DNA from: the human T2T-CHM13v2.0 reference genome, Homo sapiens
Length of the DNA stretch: 64,000 nt
NCBI RefSeq assembly: GCF_009914755.1
Contig: NC_060940.1
Direction: 5' to 3' (one strand)
How positions within the stretch are numbered: the stretch's first letter is position 1; the number at the start of each line of letters is the position of its first letter. The notes below the pieces were generated by a model. The model did no database searches, was not told the DNA's origin, and worked only from the letters and a program-made list of their open reading frames with translations. Below, one piece after another: positions 1 through 13,204 of this stretch. Made by a program: the position numbers and the translations under genes.

Positions 1-1292
1 CATTGGAGTCCATTTGATTGTTCCATTCGATTCCATTCGATTCCTTTCGAAGATTATTCCATTTGAGTCCATTCGATGATGATTCCATTCCATTCCATTC
101 GATGATTCCGTTTGATTCCATTCGATGATTCCCTTCGATTCCTTTCTTTGATGATTCCATTCCATTCCATTCAATGATTCCATTCGAATCTATTCCATGA
201 TGATTCCTTTCGATTCCATTCGCTGATGTTTCCGTTCAATTCCATTCGATGATGATTCCATTCGATTCCATTCATTGAGGATTCCATTTGATTCCATTCA
301 ATGATGATTCCATTCTATTCCATTCAATGATTGCATTCAATTCCATTCAATGATTATCCCATTAGAGTAAACTCAACGATTCCATTCAATACCATTCGAT
401 GATGATTCCTTTTGAGTCCATTCAATGATTTCATTCAAGTCCATTTGATGATTCCTTTCAATTACATTCTATGATGATTCCATTCGAGTCCATTCGATGA
501 TTCCATTCGATTGCATTCGATGATTCCATTATATTCCAGTCAACGATGATTCCATTCGAGTCCATTCGATGATTCCATTAGAGTACATTTAATGATTGCT
601 TTGTTTTCAATTCGAAGATGATTACATTGGATTCCATTCTATGATACCATTCGATTCCATTCAATGATGATTCCACTCAAATCCATTGGATGATTCCATT
701 CGTGTCCATTCGGTGATTTCATTAGATTCCATTCGAGGATGATTCCATTCGATTCCATTCGATGATTCCATTCAATTCCATTCGATGATGATTCCATTCC
801 AGTCCATATGATCATTCCATTTGATTTCATTCGATGATGATTCCATTCAATTCGATTCGACGATTCCATTCTATTCCATTCGATGATGATTCCATTCGAG
901 TCCATTCGATGATTCCATTCGAGTCCATTTAATGATTCCATTGGGTTCAATTCAATGATGATTACATTGGATTCCGTTCTATGATTCCATTCAATTCCGT
1001 TCATTGACAATTTGATTCCATTCGATGATGATTCCATTTGAGTTCATTCGATGATTCTATTCGATTCTCTTCGATGGTGATTCAATTCTATTATATTGGA
1101 TGATTCCATTCGATTCCATTTGATGTTGATTCAATTCGATTCTATTCGATGATGATTCCATTGGATTTCACTTGATGATTCTATTCGATTCCATTCAATG
1201 ATGATTCACTTCTCGTCCATTGGATGATTCCATTTCATTCCATTCGATGATGATTCCATTCGATTCCATTCGATGATTCCATTTGATTCCAT
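1..1292 (+). repeat. HOR copy U0 (partial, 3' portion)
   Basis: Matches the last ~1.3 kb of later copies, e.g. 29455-30746. Unit boundaries are set arbitrarily at the landmark GCGACGGTGAGC. Confidence 0.9.
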
Positions 1293-4200
1293 GCGACGGT
1301 GAGCAATTCGATTCAATTCCATGATGATTCTATTTGATTCAATTAGATGATGTTTCCATTCGAATCCATTCCATGATTATTCCATTGGAATCCATTCGGC
1401 GATGATTCCATATGAGTCAATTCAATGATGATTCCATATGGGTCCGTTCGATGATAATTCCATTTGATTTCATTCGATGCTTCTATTCTATTCCAGTCGA
1501 TGATGATTCCGTTGGAGTCCATACGATGATTCCATTTGATTTCATTTGATGATGATTCCATTCGATGATGATTACATTGGATTCCATTCTATGATTCCAT
1601 TCAATTCCATTCGTTGATGATTCGATTCCATTCAATGATGATTCCATTTGAGTTCATTCGATGATTCTATTCGATTCCGTTCGATGGTGATTCAATTCTA
1701 TTATATTGGATGATTCCACTCGATTCCATTTGATGATTATTCCATTGGAGTCCACTTAGTGAATCCTTTAGATTCTACTCGACGATGATTCCATTCGAGT
1801 CCATTCGATGATACCATTCAATTCCATTCGTTGATGCTTCCATTCAAGTGCATTCGATGATATCATTCGATTCCATTTGATGATAATTCCATTTGATTCC
1901 GTGCGATGATTCTATTCGATTCCATTCAATGATAATTCCATTCAATTCAGTGATTCCTCTGGACTCCATTTGATGATGATTCCATTCAATGATTCCATTC
2001 GATTCTATTCGAAAATGATTCCATTTGAATCCATTTGATGATGATTCCATTAGATTCCATTTGATGATTCCATTCGATTCCATTCGACGATGATTCCATT
2101 CGATTCCGTTTGATGATTCCATTCTATTCTATTCGATGATGATTCCATTCGATTCCATTCGATGATGATTGGATTCGATTCCATTTGATGATTTCATTTG
2201 ATTCCATTCGTTAATGATTTCGATCAATTCCATTCGATGATTCCATTCGATTCCATTCGATAATGATTACATCCGAGTCCATTCGATGATTCCCTTTGAG
2301 CCTGTTCGATAATTCCATTTGAGTCCAACCAATGATTCCATTCATTTCCATTCAATGATTCCATTCGAGTCCATTTGATCATTCCGGTAGGGTCCATTCG
2401 ATGTTGATTCCATTGGAGTGCATTCGATGATTCCATTCGAGTCCATTTTAGGATTTGATTCGAGTCCTTTCGATGATTCCATTCGATTCCACTCGATGAT
2501 GATTTCATTCGAGTCCATTCGACACTTCCAATCGATTCCATTTGATGATTCCATTCGAGTCCAATTGATGATTCCATTCAATTCCATTCGATGATGATTC
2601 CGTACGATTCCATTCTGTGATGATTCCATGTGATTGCATTCAATGATGATTCCTTTCGATTGCATTCGATTATGATTCATTTCGTGTTCATTCTATGGTT
2701 CCACAGGTTTCCATTCGTGTCCATTCCATTATTCCATTCTATTCCATTTGATGATGATTCCATTCGATTCCATTCATTGGTGATTCCACTCAATTCCATT
2801 CAATGATTCCATTCCATTTCTTTCAACAATGATTCCATTAGTTTCTAATCGATGATCCACTTGATTCCATTTGACGACGATTCCATTCTTGTCCATTCGA
2901 TGATTCCATTTGATTCCATATGATGATGATTCCATTCGATTCCATACCATGATGATTCCATTCGAGTCCATTCAATGGTGATTCCACTCAATTCCATTCG
3001 ATGATTCCTTTTGATTCCATTCGATGATGATGGCATTCGATTCCTTTCAATCATTCCCTTTGATTCCATTCAAAGGTGATTTCATTCAAGTCCATTCGAT
3101 AATTGCATTCGATTCCATTCTATGATGATTCCATTCGAGTCCATTTGATGATTCCATTCAATTCAAGTCAATGATGATTCCATTCGATTCCATTCGATGA
3201 TTCCATTGGATTCCATTCGATGATGATTCCATTCAAATCCATTCGATAATTCAATTCAAGTCCATTCGATGATGATTCCAATCGAATCCATTCAAAGATT
3301 CCATTCAGTTCCATTCGATGATTCCCTTAGATTCCATTCGATGATTCCACTTGATTGCATTTACGATGATTCCATTCGATTCCATGTGATGATTCCATTC
3401 AATTCTATTCAATGATGTCTCCATTTGATTCCATTCGACCATGATTGCCTTTGATTCCATTCAATGATTCCATTCGGTTCCGTTTGATGATGATTCCGTT
3501 CGATTCCATTTGATGATTCCATTTGATTCCATTGGATGAGTCCATTCGATTACATTCGATGATTATTCCATTCGAGTGCATTAGATGATTCCATTCGAGT
3601 CCATTCGATGATTCCATTCGATTCCATTCGATGTTGATTCTGTTCAAATCCATTCGATGATTCCACTCGATTCCATTCGTTGACTCCATTTGATCCCATT
3701 CGATGATTTCCTTTGATTCCCTTTGATGATCATTCCATTTGATTCAATTCGGTGATTTCATTTGATTCCATTCAGTGATGTTTCCATTCGACTCCATTCG
3801 ATGATGATTCCATTCGACTCCATTCGATTATGATTTCATTCAATTCCATTCGATAATGATTCCCTTCGAGTCCATTCGATGATTCCATTCGATTCCATTC
3901 AACGATGATTTGATTCGTGTCCATTCGATGATTCCATTTGATTCCACTTGATGATGATTCCATTCGAGTCCATTTGATGATTCCATTCAATTCCATACTC
4001 CGATGATTTCTTTTGAGCCCACTCAATGCTTCCACTCGATTCCATATGATGATGACTCCATTCGATGAAATTCGATGATGATTCCATTCGCTTGCGTTCG
4101 ATGATGATTCCACTTGAGTCCGTTAGAAGATTCTATTCAATTACATTCCAGGACGATTCCGTTCGAGTCCATTTGATGATTCCATTAGACTCCATTCGAC

Positions 4201-7030
4201 GATGATTCCATTCGATGTTATTCGATGATTCCATTCGATCTCATTCGATGATGATTCCATTCAACTCCATTCGATGTTTCCATTCGAGTTCATTCTATTA
4301 TTCCATTAGATTCCATTCGATGATGATTCCATTCGATTCCATTTGATGATTGCATTCTATTTCATTTGATGATGATTCCATTCGAGTCCACTCGATGATT
4401 CCATTCGAGTCCATTTAATGAATCCATTGGTTTCAATTCTATGATGATTACATTGGATTCCATTCGTTGATGATTTCATTCGGTTCCATTCCATGATGAT
4501 TCCATTCCTTTCCATTCAATGATTCCATTCGATTCCGTTTGATGATGATTTCATTCGAGTCCATTTGATGATTCCATTTGATTTCTTTCGATGATGATTC
4601 CATTCGAGTCCATTCGATGATTCTATTCGAATCCATTTGATGATTTCTTTTGATTATATTTGGTGATGATTCCATTGGAGTCCATTCAATGATTCCATTC
4701 TATTCCAATCGATGATGATTCCATTAGAGTCCATTTAATGATTCCATTTGATTCCAGTCTCTGATGATTATATTCGAGTCCATACGATGATTCCACTCAA
4801 TTCCATATGATGATGATTCCATTTGATTCCATTCGGTGATTCCGTTCTATTCTATTCAATGGTGATTCCATTCGAGTACATTAGATGATTCCATTCGATT
4901 CCATTCATTGATGATTCTATTTGTGTCCCTTAGATGATTCCACATGATTCCATTAGATGATGATACTATTTGAGCCCATCCAATGATTCCCTTCGATTCC
5001 ATTCGATGAGGATTCCATTCGATTCAATTCATTGGTGATTCTATTCAATTCAATTCTTTGATTCCATTCCATTCCATTCGACAATGATTCCATTCGATTT
5101 CTTTCGATGATTCCACTCGATTCCACTTGACATTGATTCCATTCGATTCCATTCAATGATTCCATTTGATTCCAGTGGATGATGATTGCCATCGATTCCA
5201 TTCGATCACTCCATTCTATTCCATTTGATGATGATTACATTCGATTCCATTTGATGATTCCATCTGATTCTATTCGAGGATTCCATTTGATTCCATTCGA
5301 TGATGATTCCATTCGAGTCCATTCGATGATTTCATTCGAGTACATCCAATGATTCCATTCGAGTCCATTAGATGATTCCATTTGATTCCATTTGAAAATG
5401 ATTCTACTAGAGTCCATTCAATGACTCCATTCGAGTCCATTCAACAATTCCATTCGACTCCATTCGATGATTCCATTCGATTCCATTTGATGGTTCCATT
5501 CGAGTCCATTTAATCATTACAGTCGAGTCCATTTGGTGATTCCACTGGATTTCTTTTGATAATGATACCATTCAATTACATTTGATGATGATCCCATTCA
5601 ATTTCATTTGATGATGATTCCATTAGAGTCCATTCGATGATTTCATTCGAGTCCCTTCATTGATTCCATCCGATTTCATTGGATGATGACTCCATTCGAG
5701 TCCATTCGATGATTCCACTCGATTCCATTAGATGACTCCATTGGAGTCCATTTGATTGTTCCATTCGATTCCATTTGATTCCTTTCGAAGATTATTCCAT
5801 TTGAGTCCATTCGATGATGATTCCATTCCATTCCATTCCATGATTCCGTTTGATTCCATTCGATGATTCCCTTCGATTCCTTTCTTTGATGATTCCATTC
5901 CATTCCATTCAATGATTCCATTCGAATCTATTCCATGATGATTCCTTTCGATTCCATTCGCTGATGTTTCCGTTCAATTCCATTCGATGATGATTCCATT
6001 CGATTCCATTCATTGAGGATTCCATTTGATTCCATTCAATGATGATTCCATTCTATTCCATTCAATGATTGCATTCAATTCCATTCAATGATTATCCCAT
6101 TAGAGTAAACTCAACGATTCCATTCAATATCATTCGATGATGATTCCTTTTGAGTCCATTCAATGATTTCATTCAAGTCCATTTGATGATTCCTTTCAAT
6201 TCCATTCTATGATGATTCCATTCGAGTCCATTCGATGATTCCATTCGATTGCATTCGATGATTCCAATATATTCCATTCAACGATGATTCCATTCGAGTC
6301 CATTCCATGATTCCATTAGAGTACATTTAATGATTGCTTTGTTTTCAATTCGAAGATGATTACATTGGATTCCATTCTATGATACCATTCGATTCCATTC
6401 AATGATGATTCCACTCAAATCCATTGGATGATTCCATTCGTGTCCATTCGGTGATTTCATTAGATTCCATTCGAGGATGATTCCATTCGATTCCATTCGA
6501 TGATTCCATTCAATTCCATTCGATGATGATTCCATTCCAGTCCATATGATCATTCCATTTGATTTCATTCAATGATGATTCCATTCGATTCCATTCGACG
6601 ATTCCATTCTATTCCATTCAATGATGATTCCATTCGAGTCCATTCGATGATTCCATTCGAGTCCATTTAATGATTCCATTGGGTTCAATTCAATGATGAT
6701 TACATTGGATTCCGTTCTATGATTCCATTCAATTCCGTTCATTGACAATTTGATTCCATTCGATGATGATTCCATTTGAGTTCATTCGATGATTCTATTC
6801 GATTCTCTTCGATGGTGATTCAATTCTATTATATTGGATGATTCCATTCGATTCCATTTGATGTTGATTCAATTCGATTCTATTCGATGATGATTCCATT
6901 GGATTTCACTTGATGATTCTATTCGATTCCATTCAATGATGATTCACTTCTCGTCCATTGGATGATTCCATTTCATTCCATTCGATGATGATTCCATTCG
7001 ATTCCATTCGATGATTCCATTTGATTCCAT
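1293..7030 (+). repeat. HOR copy U1, 5738 bp (carries 374-bp deletion)
   Basis: Landmarks at 1293 and 7031. Lacks the GACAGTGAGCC...CTAGCCC segment; deletion junction at ~4484-4491. Confidence 0.92.
1335..1345 (-). promoter_or_regulatory. Candidate DUX4-type double-homeodomain motif TAATTGAATCA (present at the same position in every HOR copy)
   Basis: The + strand reads TGATTCAATTA, whose reverse complement fits TAAYBBAATCA. Repeated at 7073, 13247, 18962, 24677, 30789, 36901, 43013, 49125, 53265 and 59327. Motif match only; there is no binding evidence. Confidence 0.35.
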
Positions 7031-10000
7031 GCGACGGTGAGCAATTCGATTCAATTCCATGATGATTCTATTTGATTCAATTAGATGATGTTTCCATTCG
7101 AATCCATTCCATGATTATTCCATTGGAATCCATTCGGCGATGATTCCATATGAGTCAATTCAATGATGATTCCATATGGGTCCGTTCGATGATAATTCCA
7201 TTTGATTTCATTCGATGCTTCTATTCTATTCCAGTCGATGATGATTCCGTTGGAGTCCATACGATGATTCCATTTGATTTCATTTGATGATGATTCCATT
7301 CGATGATGATTACATTGGATTCCATTCTATGATTCCATTCAATTCCATTCGTTGATGATTCGATTCCATTCAATGATGATTCCATTTGAGTTCATTCGAT
7401 GATTCTATTCGATTCCGTTCGATGGTGATTCAATTCTATTATATTGGATGATTCCACTCGATTCCATTTGATGATTATTCCATTGGAGTCCACTTAGTGA
7501 ATCCTTTAGATTCTACTCGACGATGATTCCATTCGAGTCCATTCGATGATACCATTCAATTCCATTCGTTGATGCTTCCATTCAAGTGCATTCGATGATA
7601 TCATTCGATTCCATTTGATGATAATTCCATTTGATTCCATGCGATGATTCTATTCGATTCCATTCAATGATAATTCCATTCAATTCAGTGATTCCTCTGG
7701 ACTCCATTTGATGATGATTCCATTCAATGATTCCATTCGATTCTATTCGAAATTGATTCCATTTGAATCCATTTGATGATGATTCCATTAGATTCCATTT
7801 GATGATTCCATTCGATTCCATTCGACGATGATTCCATTCCATTCCGTTTGATGATTCCATTCTATTCTATTCGATGATGATTCCATTCGATTCCATTCGA
7901 TGATGATTGGATTCGATTCCATTGGATGATTTCATTTGATTCCATTCGTTAATGATTTCGATCAATTCCATTCGATGATTCCATTCGATTCCATTCGATA
8001 ATGATTACATCCGAGTCCATTCGATGATTCCCTTTGAGCCTGTTCGATAATTCCATTTGAGTCCAACCAATGATTCCATTCATTTCCATTCAATGATTCC
8101 ATTCGAGTCCATTTGATCATTCCGGTAGGGTCCATTCGATGTTGATTCCATTGGAGTGCATTCGATGATTCCATTCGAGTCCATTTTAGGATTTGATTCG
8201 AGTCCTTTCGATGATTCCATTCGATTCCACTCGATGATGATTTCATTCGAGTCCATTCGACACTTCCAATCGATTCCATTTGATGATTCCATTCGAGTCC
8301 AATTGATGATTCCATTCAATTCCATTCGATGATGATTCTGTACGATTCCATTCTGTGATGATTCCATGTGATTGCATTCAATGATGATTCCTTTCGATTG
8401 CATTCGATTATGATTCATTTCGTGTTCATTCTATGGTTCCACAGGTTTCCATTCGTGTCCATTCCGTTATTCCATTCTATTCCATTTGATGATGATTCCG
8501 TTCGATTCCATTCATTGGTGATTCCACTCAATTCCATTCAATGATTCCATTCCATTTCTTTCAACAATGATTCCATTAGTTTCTAATCGATGATCCACTT
8601 GATTCCATTTGATGACGATTCCATTCTTGTCCATTCGATGATTCCATTTGATTCCATATGATGATGATTCCATTCGATTCCATACCATGATGATTCCATT
8701 CGAGTCCATTCAATGGTGATTCCATTCAATTCCATTCGATGATTCCTTTTGATTCCATTCGATGATGATGGCATTCGATTCCTTTCAATCATTCCCTTTG
8801 ATTCCATTCAAAGGTGATTTCATTCAAGTCCATTCGATAATTGCATTCGATTCCATTCTATGATGATTCCATTCGAGTCCATTTGATGATTCCATTCAAT
8901 TCAAGTCAATGATGATTCCATTCGATTCCATTCGATGATTCCATTGGATTCCATTCGATGATGATTCCATTCAAATCCATTCCATAATTCAATTCAAGTC
9001 CATTCGATGATGATTCCAATCGAATCCATTCAAAGATTCCATTCAGTTCCATTCGATGATTCCCTTAGATTCCATTCGATGATTCCACTTGATTGCATTT
9101 ACGATGATTCCATTCGATTCCATGTGATGATTCCATTCAATTCTATTCAATGATGTCTCCATTTGATTCCATTCGACCATGATTGCCTTTGATTCCATTC
9201 AATGATTCCATTCGGTTCCGTTTGATGATGATTCCGTTCGATTCCATTTGATGATTCCATTTGATTCCATTGGATGAGTCCATTCGATTACATTCGATGA
9301 TTATTCCATTCGAGTGCATTAGATGATTCCATTCGAGTCCATTCGATGATTCCATTCGATTCCATTCGATGTTGATTCTGTTCAAATCCATTCGATGATT
9401 CCACTCGATTCCATTCGTTGACTCCATTTGATCCCATTCGATGATTTCCTTTGATTCCCTTTGATGATCATTCCATTTGATTCAATTCGGTGATTTCATT
9501 TGATTCCATTCAGTGATGTTTCCATTCGACTCCATTCGATGATGATTCCATTCGACTCCATTCGATTATGATTTCATTCAATTCCATTCGATAATGATTC
9601 CCTTCGAGTCCATTCGATGATTCCATTCGATTCCATTCAACGATGATTTGATTCGTGTCCATTCGATGATTCCATTTGATTCCACTTGATGATGATTCCA
9701 TTCGAGTCCATTTGATGATTCCATTCAATTCCATACTCCGATGATTTCTTTTGAGCCCACTCAATGCTTCCACTCGATTCCATATGATGATGACTCCATT
9801 CGATGAAATTCGATGATGATTCCATTCGCTTGCTTTCGATGATGATTCCACTTGAGTCCGTTAGAAGATTCTATTCAATTACATTCCATGACGATTCCGT
9901 TCGAGTCCATTTGATGATTCCATTAGACTCCATTCGACGATGATTCCATTCGATGTTATTCCATGATTCCATTCGATCTCATTCGATGATGATTCCATTC

Positions 10001-13000
10001 AACTCCATTCGATGTTTCCATTCGAGTTCATTCTATTATTCCATTAGATTCCATTCGATGATGATTCCATTCGATTCCATTTGATGATTGCATTCTATTT
10101 CATTTGATGATGATTCCATTCGAGTCCACTCGATGATACCATTCGATGATTGCATTCTATTTCATTTGATGATGATTCCATTCGAGTCCACTCGATGATT
10201 CCATTCGAGTCCATTTAATGAATCCATTGGTTTCAATTCTATGATGATTACATTGGATTCCATTCGTTGATGATTTCATTCGGTTCCATTCAATGATGAT
10301 TCCATTCAATTCCTTTCAATGTTTCCATTCAATTCCATACGATGATGATTCCATTTGATTTGATTCGACAGTGAGCCATTCGATTCAATTCCATGATGAT
10401 TCTATTTGATTCAATTGGTTGACATTTCCATTCGATTCCATTCGATGATGATTCCCTTTGATTCCGTTCAAAGATGATTCCATTCTAGCCCATTCAATCA
10501 TTCCATTCGATTCTATTCAATGATGATTCCATTCATGTCGATTTGGTGATTCCATTTGACTTCATTTGATGATGATTCCTTTCAAGTTCATTAGATGATT
10601 CCATTCGATTCCATTTGATGATGATCCCATTCGAGTCCATTCAGTGATTCCATTCGTTTCCATTCCATGATGATTCCATTCCTTTCCATTCAATGATTCC
10701 ATTCGATTCCGTTTGATGATGATTTCATTCGAGTCCATTTGATGATTCCATTTGATTCCATTCGATGATGATTCCATTCGAGTCCATTCGATGATTCTAT
10801 TCGAATCCATTTGATGATTTCTTTTGATTATATTTGGTGATGATTCCATTGGAGTCCATTCAATGATTCCATTCTATTCCAATCGATGATGATTCCATTA
10901 GAGTCCATTTAATGATTCCATTTGATTCCAGTCTCTGATGATTACATTCGAGTCCATACGATGATTCCACTCAATTCCATATGATGATGATTCCATTTGA
11001 TTCCATTCGGTGATTCCATTCTATTCTATTCAATGGTGATTCCATTCGAGTACATTAGATGATTCCATTCGATTCCATTCAATGATGATTCTATTTGTGT
11101 CCCTTAGATGATTCCACATGATTCCATTAGATGATGATACTATTTGAGCCCATCCAATGATTCCCTTCGTTTCCATTCGATGAGGATTCCATTCGATTCA
11201 ATTCATTGGTGATTCTATTCAATTCAATTCTTTGATTCCATTCCATTCCATTCGACAATGATTCCATTCGATTTCTTTCGATGATTCCACTCGATTCCAC
11301 TTGACATTGATTCCATTCGATTCCATTCAATGATTCCATTTGATTCCAGTGGATGATGATTGCCATCGATTCCATTCGATCACTCCATTCTATTCCATTT
11401 GATGATGATTACATTCGATTCCATTTGATGATTCCATCTGATTCTATTCGAGGATTCCATTTGATTCCATTCGATGATGATTCCATTCGAGTCCATTCGA
11501 TGATTTCATTCGAGTACATCCAATGATTCCATTCGAGTCCATTAGATGATTCCATTTGATTCCATTTGAAAATGATTCTACTAGAGTCCATTCAATGACT
11601 CCATTCGAGTCCATTCAACAATTCCATTCGACTCCATTCGATGATTCCATTCGATTCTATTTGATGGTTCCATTCGAGTCCATTTAATCATTACAGTCGA
11701 GTCCATTTGGTGATTCCACTGGATTTCTTTTGATAATGATACCATTCAATTACATTTGATGATGATCCCATTCAATTTCATTTGATGATGATTCCATTAG
11801 AGTCCATTCGATGATTTCATTCGAGTCCCTTCATTGATTCCATCCAATTTCATTGGATGATGACTCCATTCGAGTCCATTCGATGATTCCACTCGATTCC
11901 ATTAGATGACTCCATTGGAGTCCATTTGATTGTTCCATTCGATTCCATTCGATTCCTTTCGAAGATTATTCCATTTGAGTCCATTCGATGATGATTCCAT
12001 TCCATTCCATTCGATGATTCCGTTTGATTCCATTCGATGATTCCCTTCGATTCCTTTCTTTGATGATTCCATTCCATTCCATTCAATGATTCCATTCGAA
12101 TCTATTCCATGATGATTCCTTTCGATTCCATTCGCTGATGTTTCCGTTCAATTCCATTCGATGATGATTCCATTCGATTCCATTCATTGAGGATTCCATT
12201 TGATTCCATTCAATGATGATTCCATTCTATTCCATTCAATGATTGCATTCAATTCCATTCAATGATTATCCCATTAGAGTAAACTCAACGATTCCATTCA
12301 ATACCATTCGATGATGATTCCTTTTGAGTCCATTCAATGATTTCATTCAAGTCCATTTGATGATTCCTTTCAATTCCATTCTATGATGATTCCATTCGAG
12401 TCCATTCGATGATTCCATTCGATTGCATTCGATGATTCCATTATATTCCACTCAACGATGATTCCATTCGAGTCCATTCAATGATTCCATTAGAGTACAT
12501 TTAATGATTGCTTTGTTTTCAATTCGAAGATGATTACATTGGATTCCATTCTATGATACCATTCGATTCCATTCAATGATGATTCCACTCAAATCCATTG
12601 GATGATTCCATTCGTGTCCATTCGGTGATTTCATTAGATTCCATTCGAGGATGATTCCATTCGATTCCATTCGATGATTCCATTCAATTCCATTCGATGA
12701 TGATTCCATTCCAGTCCATATGATCATTCCATTTGATTTCATTCGATGATGATTCCATTCGATTCGATTCGACGATTCCATTCTATTCCATTCGATGATG
12801 ATTCCATTCGAGTCCATTCGATGATTCCATTCGAGTCCATTTAATGATTCCATTGGGTTCAATTCAATGATGATTACATTGGATTCCGTTCTATGATTCC
12901 ATTCAATTCCGTTCATTGACAATTTGATTCCATTCGATGATGATTCCATTTGAGTTCATTCGATGATTCTATTCGATTCTCTTCGATGGTGATTCAATTC

Positions 13001-13204
13001 TATTATATTGGATGATTCCATTCGATTCCATTTGATGTTGATTCAATTCGATTCTATTCGATGATGATTCCATTGGATTTCACTTGATGATTCTATTCGA
13101 TTCCATTCAATGATGATTCACTTCTCGTCCATTGGATGATTCCATTTCATTCCATTCGATGATGATTCCATTCGATTCCATTCGATGATTCCATTTGATT
13201 CCAT
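7031..13204 (+). repeat. HOR copy U2, 6174 bp (full length plus 62-bp tandem duplication)
   Basis: Landmarks at 7031 and 13205. GATGATTGCATTCTATTTC occurs at both 10083 and 10145. Confidence 0.92.
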
